Shown here piece after piece: positions 36,270 through 48,596 of a DNA stretch of 64,000 nucleotides. The translations under genes were made by a program, and so were the position numbers. The stretch spans positions 248,001 through 312,000 of the forward strand of contig NIVC01000356.1 of NCBI GenBank assembly GCA_002269645.1. The letters are read 5' to 3'. The notes under the pieces are model-generated. The model did no database searches. It was not told the DNA's origin and saw nothing but the letters and a program-made list of their open reading frames with translations. Source of the DNA: Macrostomum lignano (taxonomy: Eukaryota). Every line of letters begins with the position of its first letter. Position 1 is the stretch's first letter.

Positions 36270-39200
36270 ATGCTACCATCGCGTGTGTTTGCTCGAACTG
36301 CTGTCTGCCTGTTTAGGCAGCCTGTAAGTCTTTAAATTTTCCATATATATTATAGTTTTGACTTTACAATCATCTGTAATTTCAGATTGTAATTTATGTA
36401 TGTTGTCTAGCATCTGAAAGAGGTAGTAAAATTTAAAGCCTTCGAATCCCTCCTGAACTCCCAAATCCCCACCAGTACTCCCCAATCCCCACCTGAACCC
36501 CCCAATCCCCACCTAAACTCCCAAATCCCAACCAGAACTCCCCAGTCCCCACCCAAACTCCCCAATCCCCACCCAAACTCCCCAGTCCCCACCTGAACTC
36601 GTTAATGGTCACCTGAGCCCCCTAAACTGCTCTTTCAGGCGACCACACTGAGCGCGGCCGCTGCCGCAGCCAGCGCCAAGACGCCGCAGCCGAAGAAGTT
36701 CTCCATCTACCGCTACAACCCGGACCAGCCGGAGAGCAGGCCAAAGATGCAGACCTACGATATCGACCTGAACGACTGCGGCCCGATGGTGCTTGACGCG
36801 CTGATCAAGATTAAGAACGAGGTCGACCCGACCCTGACATTTCGCCGATCCTGTCGGGAGGGCATCTGCGGCTCCTGCTCGATGAACATCGACGGTCGAA
36901 ACACCCTGGCCTGCATCTGCCCGATCGATACCAGCGGCAAAACTAGCAAAATCTATCCGCTGCCGCACATGTACATCATCAAGGACCTGGTGCCGGACAT
37001 GAACAACTTCTATGCGCAGTACAGGTGCGTCTTCCTTCTTGTATTTGCTTCAGGTCTCTGGTATGATTTAGGTGGGTTAAAGAAGTGAGAAAGAAAGATC
37101 TAGTGGGTGAGAGTTTATACCTGTAAAATCTATTAGGGTGAGATTTGAGACCTGTAGAATCTATTGGGGTGAGATTTGATACCTGCAGAATCTATTGGGG
37201 TGAGATTTGATACCTGTAGAATCTATTAGGGTGAGGTTTTATACCTGCAAAATCTAGTGGGTGAGATTTTATACCTGTAAAATCTATTGGGGTGAGATTT
37301 GAGACCTGCAGAATCTATTGGGGTGAGATTTGATACCTGCAGAATCTATTGGGGTGAGCTTTGATACCTGTAGAATCTATTAGGGTGAGGTTTTATACCT
37401 GCAAAATCTAGTGGGTGAGATTTTATACCTGTAAAATCTATTGGGGTGAGATTTGAGACCTGCAGAATCTATTGGGGTGAGATTTGATACCTGCAGAATC
37501 TATTGGGGTGAGATTTGATGCCGGCGGAATCTATTAGGGTGAGATTTTATGCCTGCAAAATCTAGTGGGTGAGATTTTATACTTGCAAAATCTAGTGGGT
37601 GAGATTTTATACCTGTAAAATCTATTGGGGTGAGATTTGAGACCTGCAGAATCTATTGGGGTGAGATTTGAGACCTGCAGAATCTATTGGGGTGAGATTT
37701 GAGACCTGCAGAATCTATTGGGGTGAGATTTGATACCTGCAGAATCTATTAGGGTGAGGTTTACAGACTTCTCAGGTGAGATTTTATGCCTAGAGACTTC
37801 TAATGCGAGATTTTAAATCAACTTTTTACGTTGGAGAGATCAGTGACCTACAAGCCACTGGTTGAGATGAATGCGTTTATCTAAAACCCTATTTAATGGC
37901 AAGTTGTTTAACCAAAAAGCTCGCAACAACCGTTCCATCAGGTCCATCGAGCCTTACCTGAAAAAGAAGAACTTCAAAGAGGAGGACATCGGCAAGGAGG
38001 CCTTTCAACAGTCCATCGCCGATCGCGACAAGCTTGACGGCCTGTACGAGTGCATCATGTGCGCCTGCTGCAGCACCTCCTGCCCGGCCTACTGGTGGAA
38101 CGGCGACAAGTACCTTGGGCCCGCTGTGCTCATGCAGGTGCGAGTTGGGGACTTCTGTAGCTTTCTGCTATCGGCTCAGGTTGCGTTTTCCGCAGTGTCC
38201 TATCTTAAGGGCATGGGGCGGATCTTAGAGGCATGGGGCGGATCTTAGAGGCATGGGGCGGATCCTAGGGGCATGGGGCGGATCTTAGGGGCATGGAGTG
38301 GATCTTAGAGGCATGGGGCAGATCTTAGGAGCATGGGGCGGATCTTAGAGGCATGGGGCGGATCTTAGAGGCATGGGCGGATCCTAGAGGCATGGGGCGG
38401 ATCTTAGGGGCATGGGGCGGATCTTAGGGGCATGGGGCGGATCTTAGTGACATGGGGCGGATATTAGTATCATGGGGCGGATCTTAGAGACATGGGGGCG
38501 GATCTTAGTGACATGGAGCGTAGCTTAGTGGCGTGGGGCGGATCTTCAAGGGACATGGGAGGCAGCGGATCTTAGGGGCGGTTCAGAGCCTAGAACTGAA
38601 GGTGGGGGTGTTTTTTAACCTCAACTCTAAAAACTCAATCGCGATCGTACCCCTGCATTTGCTTTGTGCTTCGCTCGCCAACCCCAGGCCTATCGCTGGA
38701 TGATTGACTCGCGTGATGATTACACATTCGAGCGGTTGGAGAGCATGCAGAATAAGGACAGCCTGTACCGCTGCCACACTATCATGAACTGCACCGAGAC
38801 CTGCCCGAAGGTAAGCGCTGGTATCTGCTTGGATAATTTTCGCCCTGGTCTTTGTCAGACCTGGCACCCTGCAAGCTGGTCTTTGTTGGACCTGGCGCCC
38901 TTCAAGCTGGTCTTTGTTGGACCTGGCACTCTTCAAGCTGGTCTTTTTTGGACCTGGCACTCTTCAAGCTGGTCTTTTTTGGACCTGGCACTCTTCAAGC
39001 TGGTCTTTTTTGGACCTGGCACTCTTCATGCTGGTCTTTTTTGGACCTGGCACTCTTCAAGCTGGTCTTTGTCAAACCTGACACCCTTCAAGCTGGTCTT
39101 TGTTGGATCTGGCACCCTTCAAGCTGGTCTTTGTTGCACCTGGCACCCTTCAAGCTGGTCTTTGTTGCACCTGGCACCCTTCAAACTGGTCTTTGTTGCA

Positions 39201-39551
39201 CCTGGCACCCTTCAAACTGGTCTTTGTTGGACCTGGCACCCTTCAAGTTGGTCTTTGTTGCACCTGGCACCCTTCAAGTTGGTCTTTGTTGCACCTGGCA
39301 CCCTTCAAGTTGGTCTTTGTTGCACCTGGCACCCTTCAAGTTGGTCTTTGTTGCACCTGGCACCTTTCCGACTGGTCTTTGTTGGACCTGGTACCCTTCC
39401 GGCTGTCTTATCTAGTCTTTAATCAATCAATCTACAATCAATAACCCTGTTGCAGGGCCTCAACCCCGGTCGCGCTATCGCCGAGATCAAGCTGATGATG
39501 GTGAACTACAACAAGTACAAGAAGGAGACCACTAAGCAGGCGACAGCTTGA
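36270..39551 (+). CDS. SDHB: Succinate dehydrogenase iron-sulfur subunit, mitochondrial, 284 aa
   Basis: Exons 36270-36323, 36639-37024, 37942-38137, 38688-38810, 39456-39551, all GT-AG and phase-consistent. Motifs [43 protein letters not shown]. Confidence 0.97.
36445..36600. repeat. About 20-bp C-rich minisatellite in SDHB intron 1
   Basis: Unit similar to gaactcccaaatccccacct. Confidence 0.8.
37095..37770. repeat. 29/30-bp minisatellite in SDHB intron 2
   Basis: Unit gggtgagatttgatacctgcagaatctatt. Confidence 0.9.
38209..38580. repeat. 20-bp minisatellite in SDHB intron 3
   Basis: Unit ggcatggggcggatcttaga. Confidence 0.9.
38846..39405. repeat. 31-bp minisatellite in SDHB intron 4
   Basis: Unit gctggtctttgttggacctggcacccttcaa. 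Confidence 0.9.
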
Positions 39552-40089
39552 AGGCCTCCTTGAACTGGTGTGGATCGAAAACTGTTAAATTAAATATTTC
39601 TCGCGACTAAAAGACAGCCTCTTCTTCATTAAAAGCAGTTTGTTTGTTAAAGACAGCAAAACCGATATATTAATTATCTATAGATCTGACTGTTCTACTT
39701 GTAGTAGGATAGGAAAGTTTTTTGTGTTGTTTCTCTTTGTCTGGCGTGTACAACTTCAAACCGTTTAGCCCTGAGTAGCAATCCCAGTTAGTGTTGTGCT
39801 CGCAGCCTGTAGTAGAAAGTGTTTGACAGTTTCTATGGTAACATAAGCTTGTAATATTTACGATTTAGAATATTTATAGAAGTGGAAATAGTACGAGCTA
39901 TAAAGTACTCATTTTACTAAAAGTTTTCTTGCTTCAGTTATGCAACAAAAATATATATAGTTAAGCTTAGATTGGCACTTACATCGTCATAAATCTTTGC
40001 TAAAACTTTTCCTCATTTTTGGAGACAATGAACGCCTAACATGTCTAGAAGATCCATATCCATTTAGTGCTACATTTTTGATGGGTTCA

Positions 40090-40690
40090 TTTCCCAGATA
40101 CCAGTATGCCATTTTCCAGCTTCCAGTATGCCATTTTCCAGCTTCCAGTATGCCATTTCCCAGCTTCCAGTATGCCATTTTCCAGATACTAATATGTCAT
40201 TCCCCAGATTTCAGTATGCAATTTCCCAGATGCCAATATGCCATTTTCCAGATGACAATATGTCATTCCCCATATTCCAGTATGCCATTTCCCAGATTCC
40301 AGTATACCATTTCCCAGATTCCAGTATGCCATTTCCCAGATTCCAGTATGCCATTTCCCAATTTCAGTATGCCATTTCCCAGATACCAGTATGCCATTTT
40401 CCAGATACCAGTATGCTATTTCCTAGCTTCCAGTATGCCATTTCCCAGATACCAGTATGCCATTTTCCAGATACCAGTATGCCATTTCCCAGATACCAGT
40501 ATGCTATTTTCCAGATACCAGTATGCCATTTCCTAGCTTCCAGTATGCCATTCCCCAGATTCCAGTATGCCATTTCCCAGATTCCAGTATGCCATTTCCC
40601 AGATTCCAGTATGCCATTTCCCAGATTCCAGTATGCCATTTCCCAGATTCCAGTATGCCATTTCCCATATACCAGTATGCAATTTCCCAA
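40090..40690. repeat. 22-bp minisatellite between SDHB and RNF8-like gene
   Basis: Unit ttccagtatgccatttcccaga. Confidence 0.9.
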
Positions 40691-40722
40691 GCAATACTTT
40701 CCTCTAGAAGACAGCAGCTGCT

Positions 40723-43700
40723 ATGCAAGCCTCCTGTTCAATCCAGCCTGTGGTGTCGAACAGCAGCGGCAAATTATCGTCTGGCGCTGCCAGTTTGTCA
40801 GGCGAGAATTCGACAACGCCAAATCCAGTGCCGGCCAGTGTCGCTGCTGTCTGGTGAGTCGCGGCCCCGAGCCGGCTCTCGGCAAGACCGGAGTCTACCG
40901 GCTGTGCAGCGGCGGCGGCGGCGGCGGCGGCGGCGACACTCGAGCGCTGAGCATCGGTCGGCGGCCGGACGCTGATCTCATTCTCAGGCACGGCTCCGCC
41001 TCCAGGCAGCAGCTGGCTCTGGTTCCGGTGGTTCGGCATGCCGGCACTCCGCCCGATCAGCTGACCGGCTGGGACTGGCGAGCAGTCGACTGCGGCAGCG
41101 CCAATGGCACGTTTGTTAACGGGCGCCGGGCGCCAGTTGACATTGGCGGCGCTAATTCGGCGCCGCCGTTACGGTGCGGCGATCGAATCACGGTTGGGCC
41201 GCCGCGCGAGTCGGTGCTTTGGCTGGAGTTCGTGGCGGCCGATTGTCCGCTGCACCGGCCGTCCGCTGTGGCTGAATGCTCCACCAGCTTTGCTGCTTCT
41301 AGTAGGAAAAGGTCTAGCCCAGCTACAGCTAGAAATGACGCCGGAAATGGCGATGCTGAGGTGAGGTAGCTACGATTCTTTTTCTGGTGTCTTGTTGGGG
41401 TTCCGCTACCCTCCTATTTCCGGTGTCTTGTTGGGGTTCCGCTACCCTCCTATTTCCGGTGTCTTGTTGGGGTTCCGCTGCCCTCCTATTTCCGGTGTCT
41501 TGTTGGGGTTCCGCTACCCTCCTATTTCCGGTGTCTTGTTGGGGTTCCGCTGCCCTCCTATTTCCGGTGTCTTGTTGGGGTTCCGCTACCCTCCTATTTC
41601 CGGTGTCTTGTTGGGGTTCCGCTACCCTCCTATTTCCGGTGTCTTGTTGGGGTTCCGCTGCCCTCCTATTTCCGGTGTCTTGTTGGGGTTCCGCTACCCT
41701 CCTATTTCCGGTGTCTTGTTGGGGTTCCGCTGCCCTCCTATTTCCGGTGTCTTGTTGGAGTTCCGCTACCCTCCTATTTCCGGTGTCTTGTTGGGGTTCC
41801 GCTGCCCTCCTATTTCCGGTGTCTTGTTGGGGTTCCGCTACCCTCCTATTTCCGGTGTCTTGTTGGGGTTCCGCTACCCTCCTATTTCCGGTGTCTTGTT
41901 GGGGTTCCGCTACCCTCCTATTTCCGGTGTCTTGTTGGGGTTCCGCTACCCTCCTATTTCCGGTGTCTTGTTGGGGTTCCGCTACCCTCCTATTTCCGGT
42001 GTCTTGTTGGGGTTCCGCTACCCTCCTATTTCCGGTGTCTTGTTGGGGTTCCGCTACCCTCCTATTTCCGGTGTCTTGTTGGGGTTCCGCTACCCTCCTA
42101 TTTCCGGTGTCTTGTTGGGGTTCCGCTACCCTCCTATTTCCGGTGTCTTGTTGGGGTTCCGCTACCCTCCTATTTCCGGTGTCTTGTTGGGGTTCCGCTA
42201 CCCTCCTATTTCCGGTGTCTTGTTGGGGTTCCGCTACCCTCCTATTTTCGGTGTCTTGTTGGGGTTCCGCTACCCTCCTATTTCCGGTGTCTTGTTGGGG
42301 TTCCGCTGCCCTCCTTTTTCCGGTGTCTTGTTGGAGTTCCGCTACCCTCCTATTTCCGGTGTCTTGTTGGGGTTCCGCTGCCCTCCTATTTCCGGTGTCT
42401 TGTTGGGGTTCCGCTACCCTCCTATTTCCGGTGTCTTGTTGGGGTTCCGCTACCCTCCTATTTCCGGTGTCTTGTTGGGGTTCCGCTACCCTCCTATTTC
42501 CGGTGTCTTGTTGGGGTTCCGCTACCCTCCTATTTCCGGTGTCTTGTTGGGGTTCCGCTACCCTCCTATTTCCGGTGTCTTGTTGGGGTTCCGCTACCCT
42601 CCTATTTCCGGTGTCTTGTTGGGGTTCCGCTACCCTCCTATTTCCGGTGTCTTGTTGGGGTTCCGCTACCCTCCTATTTCCGGTGTCTTGTTGGGGTTCC
42701 GCTACCCTCCTATTTCCGGTGTCTTGTTGGGGTTCCGCTACCCTCCTATTTCCGGTGTCTTGTTGGGGTTCCGCTACCCTCCTATTTCCGGTGTCTTGTT
42801 GGGGTTCCGCTACCCTCCTATTTCCGGTGTCTTGTTGGGGTTCCGCTACCCTCCTATTTCCGGTGTCTTGTTGGGGTTCCGCTACCCTCCTATTTCCGGT
42901 GTCTTGTTGGGGTTCCGCTACCCTCCTATTTCCGGTGTCTTGTTGGGGTTCCGCTGCCCTCCTATTTCCGGTGTCTTGTTGGGGTTCCGCTACCCTCCTA
43001 TTTCCGGTGTCTTGTTGGGGTTCCGCTGCCCTCCTATTTCCGGTGTCTTGTTGGGGTTCCGCATCTATGGATACTGTTTATTAAATATTAAACTATTCCA
43101 GTCGTGCGCAGCGACTTCTCCAAAGCGGAAAGCATCGGACACGAATGTGCCTTCAGGACCTGTGAGTAGCCTACCTTATACAATATACTGTGGGCATAAA
43201 GTCCCGCATGTAGAGCCCAAGCCTCAGCCATTTCAATATCCAACTTTCACTAATTAGGCCGACACCGCGGCAGACAAAGATGCCGAAGTGGCCGCTATGC
43301 GACGGGAACTGGAGGCCCTGCGCGACCAACTGGCCGAGAAGGACCGCGCCCTGGCCGAACAGGAGCGCCAGATGCGAAAGCGTCTAGCGGACGAAGTTGA
43401 AGCCCTGGAAGCCGACAGGCTGGCCGTGATGGCCGGCTTAGAGGCGGAGATGCGCAAGGAGATGGCGGATAGGGACGCCGAGCACGAGGCGCTGCTGCAA
43501 CGGGAGAGGGCAAGGCTGGAGCAGGCGCTCAGGGATAAGGAGGCTAAGCAGGTGCGCTGTCTCTAAATCTGTCTCCAGTGTACACTCCTGACTAAATCTC
43601 TGCCCCTCCATGTACACTCCTGACAGAATCTCTCTCCCGCCACCAATGTACACTCCTGACAGAATCTCTCCCCCCACCAATGTACACTCCTTACTAAATC

Positions 43701-44888
43701 TCTGCCCCCAGTGTACACTCCCGACCAAATATCTGCCCACAATGTACACTCCTTACTAAATCTCTGCCCCCAATGTACACACCCTTTCCCAACAAAACCC
43801 CTGTCCCCAGTGCACTCACTGACCCCCAATCGCTACAGCCGCACACCTTCGCCACTGTTGCAGGCTGTGCTGGAAGGCGAACTGTCGAAAGCCCGCGACG
43901 CTGCCGCCAGCTCCGGCGGCGTCACCCCGGAAGCTCGCGCCGACATAATGCGCAGCCTCGCCGAAGTGCTCGAGACCGAATTGAACTGCCCAATCTGCTG
44001 CGACCTGCTAGTTGACGCCGCGACAATGCCCTGCTCGCACACGTTCTGTCGCTACTGCATAGAAGAGTGGCTGCGCAGGAAGAACGAATGCCCGCAGTGC
44101 CGGGCGCCCGGCAACGGCAGCTTGTCTCGCGCCCTAGTCGTGGACTCCTACGTTGACCGGATGGTGGCCGAGCTGGCGCCCGAGCGGAGGGCGGAACGCG
44201 ACGCTCGGGTTGCGGAGCAGCGCGAGAAGTTGGATAAACTGCAGGTCTGTACGGGCCGCCGTGCTTGGGTAGGAAGGGGGTTCGATTCTATGCGATTTCC
44301 AAGAAACAGAATGACCTTTTCTAGAAACCACATTGCTATTTCCAAGAAACAGAATGACCTTTCCTAGAAGCCACAGGGCCATTTCCTAGACATTGCAATT
44401 CAATGCTATTTCCTAGGGCCGTTTCGTAAATGAAAATGGAATGCCATTTCCCTAATATCGGAATGTCATCTTTAAACCCCCGAGAAATCAGAGCTCGCAC
44501 ACCAGTGTATTATAAATCACTTTATATGAATATAGATGGCTATCATTCACTGCAGGGCCGCAAGCGGCCACGCCCTGGGCAGCAGTCACAGACGCAGCAG
44601 CAGCAGCAGCAGCAGCAACGACAGCAGCAAGCTGCGTCGACTTCTCGTCAGCAGCGTCAGCCGCCAGCAGCCGCGGGTCCCTCCGGCAGACGCGGAGCCG
44701 CCGCCGCCACCGCCATTGTGCTGGACAGCTCGGACTCCGACAGCGACTCGGACGCCGAATATAACGGCGGCAGCAGTACAGATTCGAGCGAATCAATGGA
44801 CGGCAATCCGAGGGCTTATTACGGCGGCTACGGCAGGTGCTATAACTGCGGCAGGCGGGGCCATTGGGCCAACGGGTGCCCGTTTTAA
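40723..44888 (+). CDS. RNF8: RNF8-like E3 ubiquitin ligase: FHA, coiled coil, C3HC4 RING, polyQ/acidic region, CCHC knuckle
   Basis: Exons 40723-41360 (frame break near 40853), 43102-43161, 43258-43551, 43864-44244, 44556-44888. FHA IGRR..SASRQQ..SANGTFVNG. RING LETELNCPICCDLLVDAATMPCSHTFCRYCIEEWLRRKNECPQCR closely resembles RNF8. The 5' end is uncertain. Confidence 0.8.
41386..43061. repeat. 36-bp highly homogeneous minisatellite (about 46 copies) in RNF8-like intron
   Basis: Unit ttccgctaccctcctatttccggtgtcttgttgggg. Confidence 0.97.
43575..43780. repeat. About 31-33-bp minisatellite in RNF8-like intron
   Basis: caatgtacactcc...aatctct repeated. Confidence 0.8.
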
Positions 44889-45054
44889 TAATCGATTGAA
44901 GTTTGTTATCATAATTGTACAGTTTTGATATTTATCGCACTTCCTGTGTTGTCGTCCTCATAATTGCAACTCTGGCAATGTATTAGCTGCTATGGTATTT
45001 TCTAGCCATGATTGCTATAGCACCCTATGTATAGCAACGATAATAGCAACAATC

Positions 45055-45185
45055 AGTTGCTATGGCTACTTATCGGTTGCTATGGCTACTAATCGGTTGC
45101 TATGGCTACTAATCGGTTGCTATGGCTACTTATCGGTTGCTATGGCTACCAATCGATTGCTATGGCTACCAATCGATTGCTATTT
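45055..45185. repeat. 20-bp minisatellite
   Basis: Unit gttgctatggctactaatcg. Confidence 0.8.
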
Positions 45186-46384
45186 ATCTATCTTTTGCTG
45201 GATAGACAGCAACGAATAGGTTGTAATGGCGTTTTTAGTTATGGGTGTTTAGTGGCGGTACTAGTTGCTAGTTTTAATTTCTGTGATATATTAATAGCCT
45301 AGGTTGATAACTGTTAACGCTGTCATGGCTTAAGAATCGTTTCACTTACTACAAGAAACAAATTAATAACATGTTTTGTCAGTATGACTTATGTTAATAC
45401 GTAATAGTTTCAGCAGCTTAAATTATTCTTTTTTCCGTCAACTTAAAGCGGCCGCATTCAGCTTTTATGTACAGTCAATTCCTACCTATATTTTCCGTTA
45501 TTCTAGTATCGAGCACCATACTGATTTATTATATTTGCTCATTATTCTGCTTCTTGTTTTCACTTTTGCAGAGAATTTCATTTTCTATGCCAGGCATGCA
45601 GAATAATATTAATTTATAACTTTGAAATACAAAAAACATAATTATTATTAGTAATAATACCCGTGAAGTTATAAATAATAAATTCTCATATTAGCTGTTT
45701 TATTATACTCAAATTATTCATTTTTATTTCTCATTATTTCTCGACAGGATTTGCCAATAGCAAGCGTTGCTTTACCGGCCTCCAGCTACTTCAGTTGTCC
45801 TTCACCGTGTTCAGTAGTGAGCCAATAAAATAATAGCATTCTTGAAAAGTGTCATTGAGACAGAAAGGCTGACAATTTCTGTTCTAAAATTATAGCATTT
45901 TGTATATATATAAGCCGTAACGCTATTTATTTAAGCTATTTCATTCGTGCTTAGAAAGCAGGTGACGGATAAAGATGAATAACAGGGGACAAGAAAGGTG
46001 ACTGAGTGCCGCAGCAGCGAAGTCTGCAGGGGGGCGGCGGCACTATGCGCGGGGCCAAATGCGGGGTTTCATGCAGCAGACAAACTGGCCTTGGTGTGCA
46101 ACAGTACTTAAATAGAATATTTTCATCTACAGTCTGCGTGAAACAAACCGCAACTTTATTTGAGATTACCGCGAATGTTATTTGAATATATTGCAACATG
46201 CATATACTACCGCTCTGATTGAGATTGGTAAGTAGCGAAATGTGAAAGAGTGTAAAACAGGAAACAGTATTTGAAACAGCAGGCTGGCTAGCAATAAAAT
46301 TGTAGGTTGGTCCAAAGTTCGTAGAACGGCAACCTGTTAATTTAGTTGAGCGGCGCCTTTGCTCTAGTTAAGAAGCGGCACCCT

Positions 46385-46990
46385 TTTATCTTGTAGAGGA
46401 GCGGCACCCTTTGATCTAGCAGAGGAGCTACACCCTTTGATCTTGTAGAGGAGCGGCATCCTTTGATCTAGTAGAGGAGCTACATTCTTTGATCTAGTAG
46501 AGGAGCTACACTCTTTGATCTTTTAGAGGAGCGGCACCTTTTGATCTAGTAGAAAAGCTACACTCTTTGATCTTGTAGAGGAGCGGCACCCTTTCATCTA
46601 GTAGAGGAGCTACACTCTGATCTTGTAGAGGAGCGGCACCCTTTGATCTAGTAGAGGAGCTACACTCTTTGATCTTGTAGAGGAGCTACACCCTTTGATC
46701 TTGTAGAGGAGCGGCACCCTTTGATCTAGTAGAGGAGCTACACTCTTTGATCTTGTAGAGGAGCTACACTCTTTGATCTTGTAGAGGAGCGGCATCCTTT
46801 GATCTAGTAGAGCTACACCCTTTGATCTTGTAGAGGAGCGGCATCCTTTGATCTAGTAGAGCTACACCCTTTGATCTTGTATAGGAGCGGCACCCTTTGA
46901 TCAGCAGAGGAGCTACACCTTTGATCTTGTAGAGGAGCTACACCTTTGATATTGTAGAGGAGCGGCACCCTTTGATATAGTAAAACCGGG
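46385..46990. repeat. About 26-bp minisatellite
   Basis: Unit ttgatcttgtagaggagcggcaccct and variants. Confidence 0.88.
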
Positions 46991-47904
46991 CACCCATTGA
47001 TCCAGACAAACTGTTATTGCACACATAGGACACACTCATAGAATGCAAGCCGGTATTGTAGAAATCAAACAATTTATACAATCCATTTTAAAGGAAAAAA
47101 TAGTAATAATAATAGTAATAAAACATTATAAACTCAACTGTAACGCAGCAAAGAAACAGCAGTAAACTAAGTTGTGTAAGAAACGAAACGGTGGAGGGAG
47201 GAACACCTGGCCATGGTAAATGAGTGAGTAGTATATCACGCAAAGTGAAGAAACTAGCAAACAAATTGAACAAAAATACAGGCTGACAAGCATTACTGAC
47301 TGTAACTGACAAATAAGGAAAAATAATAGAAAATAGTAAAGAGAATGCCAACAACAGCTGATGAGGAATCGAAATCGGACCAGAATTAATGAGGCCTTGT
47401 TTAACTGGGCAGCATTGCATTGTTAACTGACTGACAAATAGTACACAATAATAAATTCGTAATTATTAACAATAACGGCTAATCTGCATAGAAACGGGGC
47501 ACAACAGACGCTACAATAGGAGTTGTGTTGCAAAAGTTTCACCATTCAAAAAGTCACTACAAAAATAGCTGTTTCAGTTGAGTAAAATACAGACACAACA
47601 CTGTGCACTGCAGCTACACAAATTTCTTAGCACAATGTCAGGGAAAAAGCCAACACAATTGAAATACGGATTGCTATGCTGGGGGTCAGTTCAGATACAG
47701 TAGAAATTCAGCAGCTCATAAAAGGGAATATTATAGACCGACACCAATGTTTTTAGAACACATTTCGTTTAAGACGACTGCGATTGGCTGAAGCCCTGGG
47801 CGCTCGCTCTGGGCCACTGCCTGGGGCGAGCCGTCTGCATTGGTTGGGAGAGCAGATAAGTAGGTTGAGTCACTGTGTAACTTCACGGCCACTTGTCAAG
47901 CACT

Positions 47905-48490
47905 TTCAGCAACCTCACCAGAGGCACTCAGCAACCTCACCAAGACACTCAGCAACCTCACCAGTGCCACTCAGCAACCTCACCAGAGGCACTCAGCAAC
48001 CTCACCAGAGTCACTCAGCAACCTCACCAAGACACTCAGCAACCTCACCAGTGCCACTCAGCAACCTCACCAGAGTCACTCAGCAACCTCACCAGTGCCA
48101 CTCAGCAACCTCACCAGTGTCACTCAGCAACCTCACCAGTGCCACTCAGCAACCTCACCAGAGGCACTCAGCAACCTCACCAGAGTCACTCAGCAACCTC
48201 ACCAGTGCCACTCAGCAACCTCACCAAGACGCTCAGCAACCTCACCAGTGCCACTCAGCAACCTCACCAGAGGCACTCAGCAACCTCACCAGAGTCACTC
48301 AGCAACCTCACCAGTGCCATTCAGCAACCTCACCAGTGCCACTCAGCAACCTCACCAGTGTCACACAGAAACCTCATCAGTGCCACTCAGCAACCTCACC
48401 AGTGTCACACAGAAACCTCACCAGTGCCACTCAGCAACCTCACCAGTGTCACTCAGCAACCTCACCAGTGTCACTCAGCAACCTCACCAT
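47905..48490. repeat. 21/22-bp minisatellite just 3' of the zinc-finger gene
   Basis: Unit cactcagcaacctcaccagtgc. Confidence 0.9.
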
Positions 48491-48527
48491 CCCGCAGCGA
48501 ATAAAACTCGTACGTACGAAATGCCAG

Positions 48528-48565
48528 CTACTGATGAACAATGACGGTGCCCGCTGCAGCAGCGG

Positions 48566-48596
<31 letters not shown>

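Noticed and set aside
41387-43257. 565- and 621-aa repetitive ORFs
   Set aside because: The 36-bp intronic array lacks stops; it lies between valid donor and acceptor sites.
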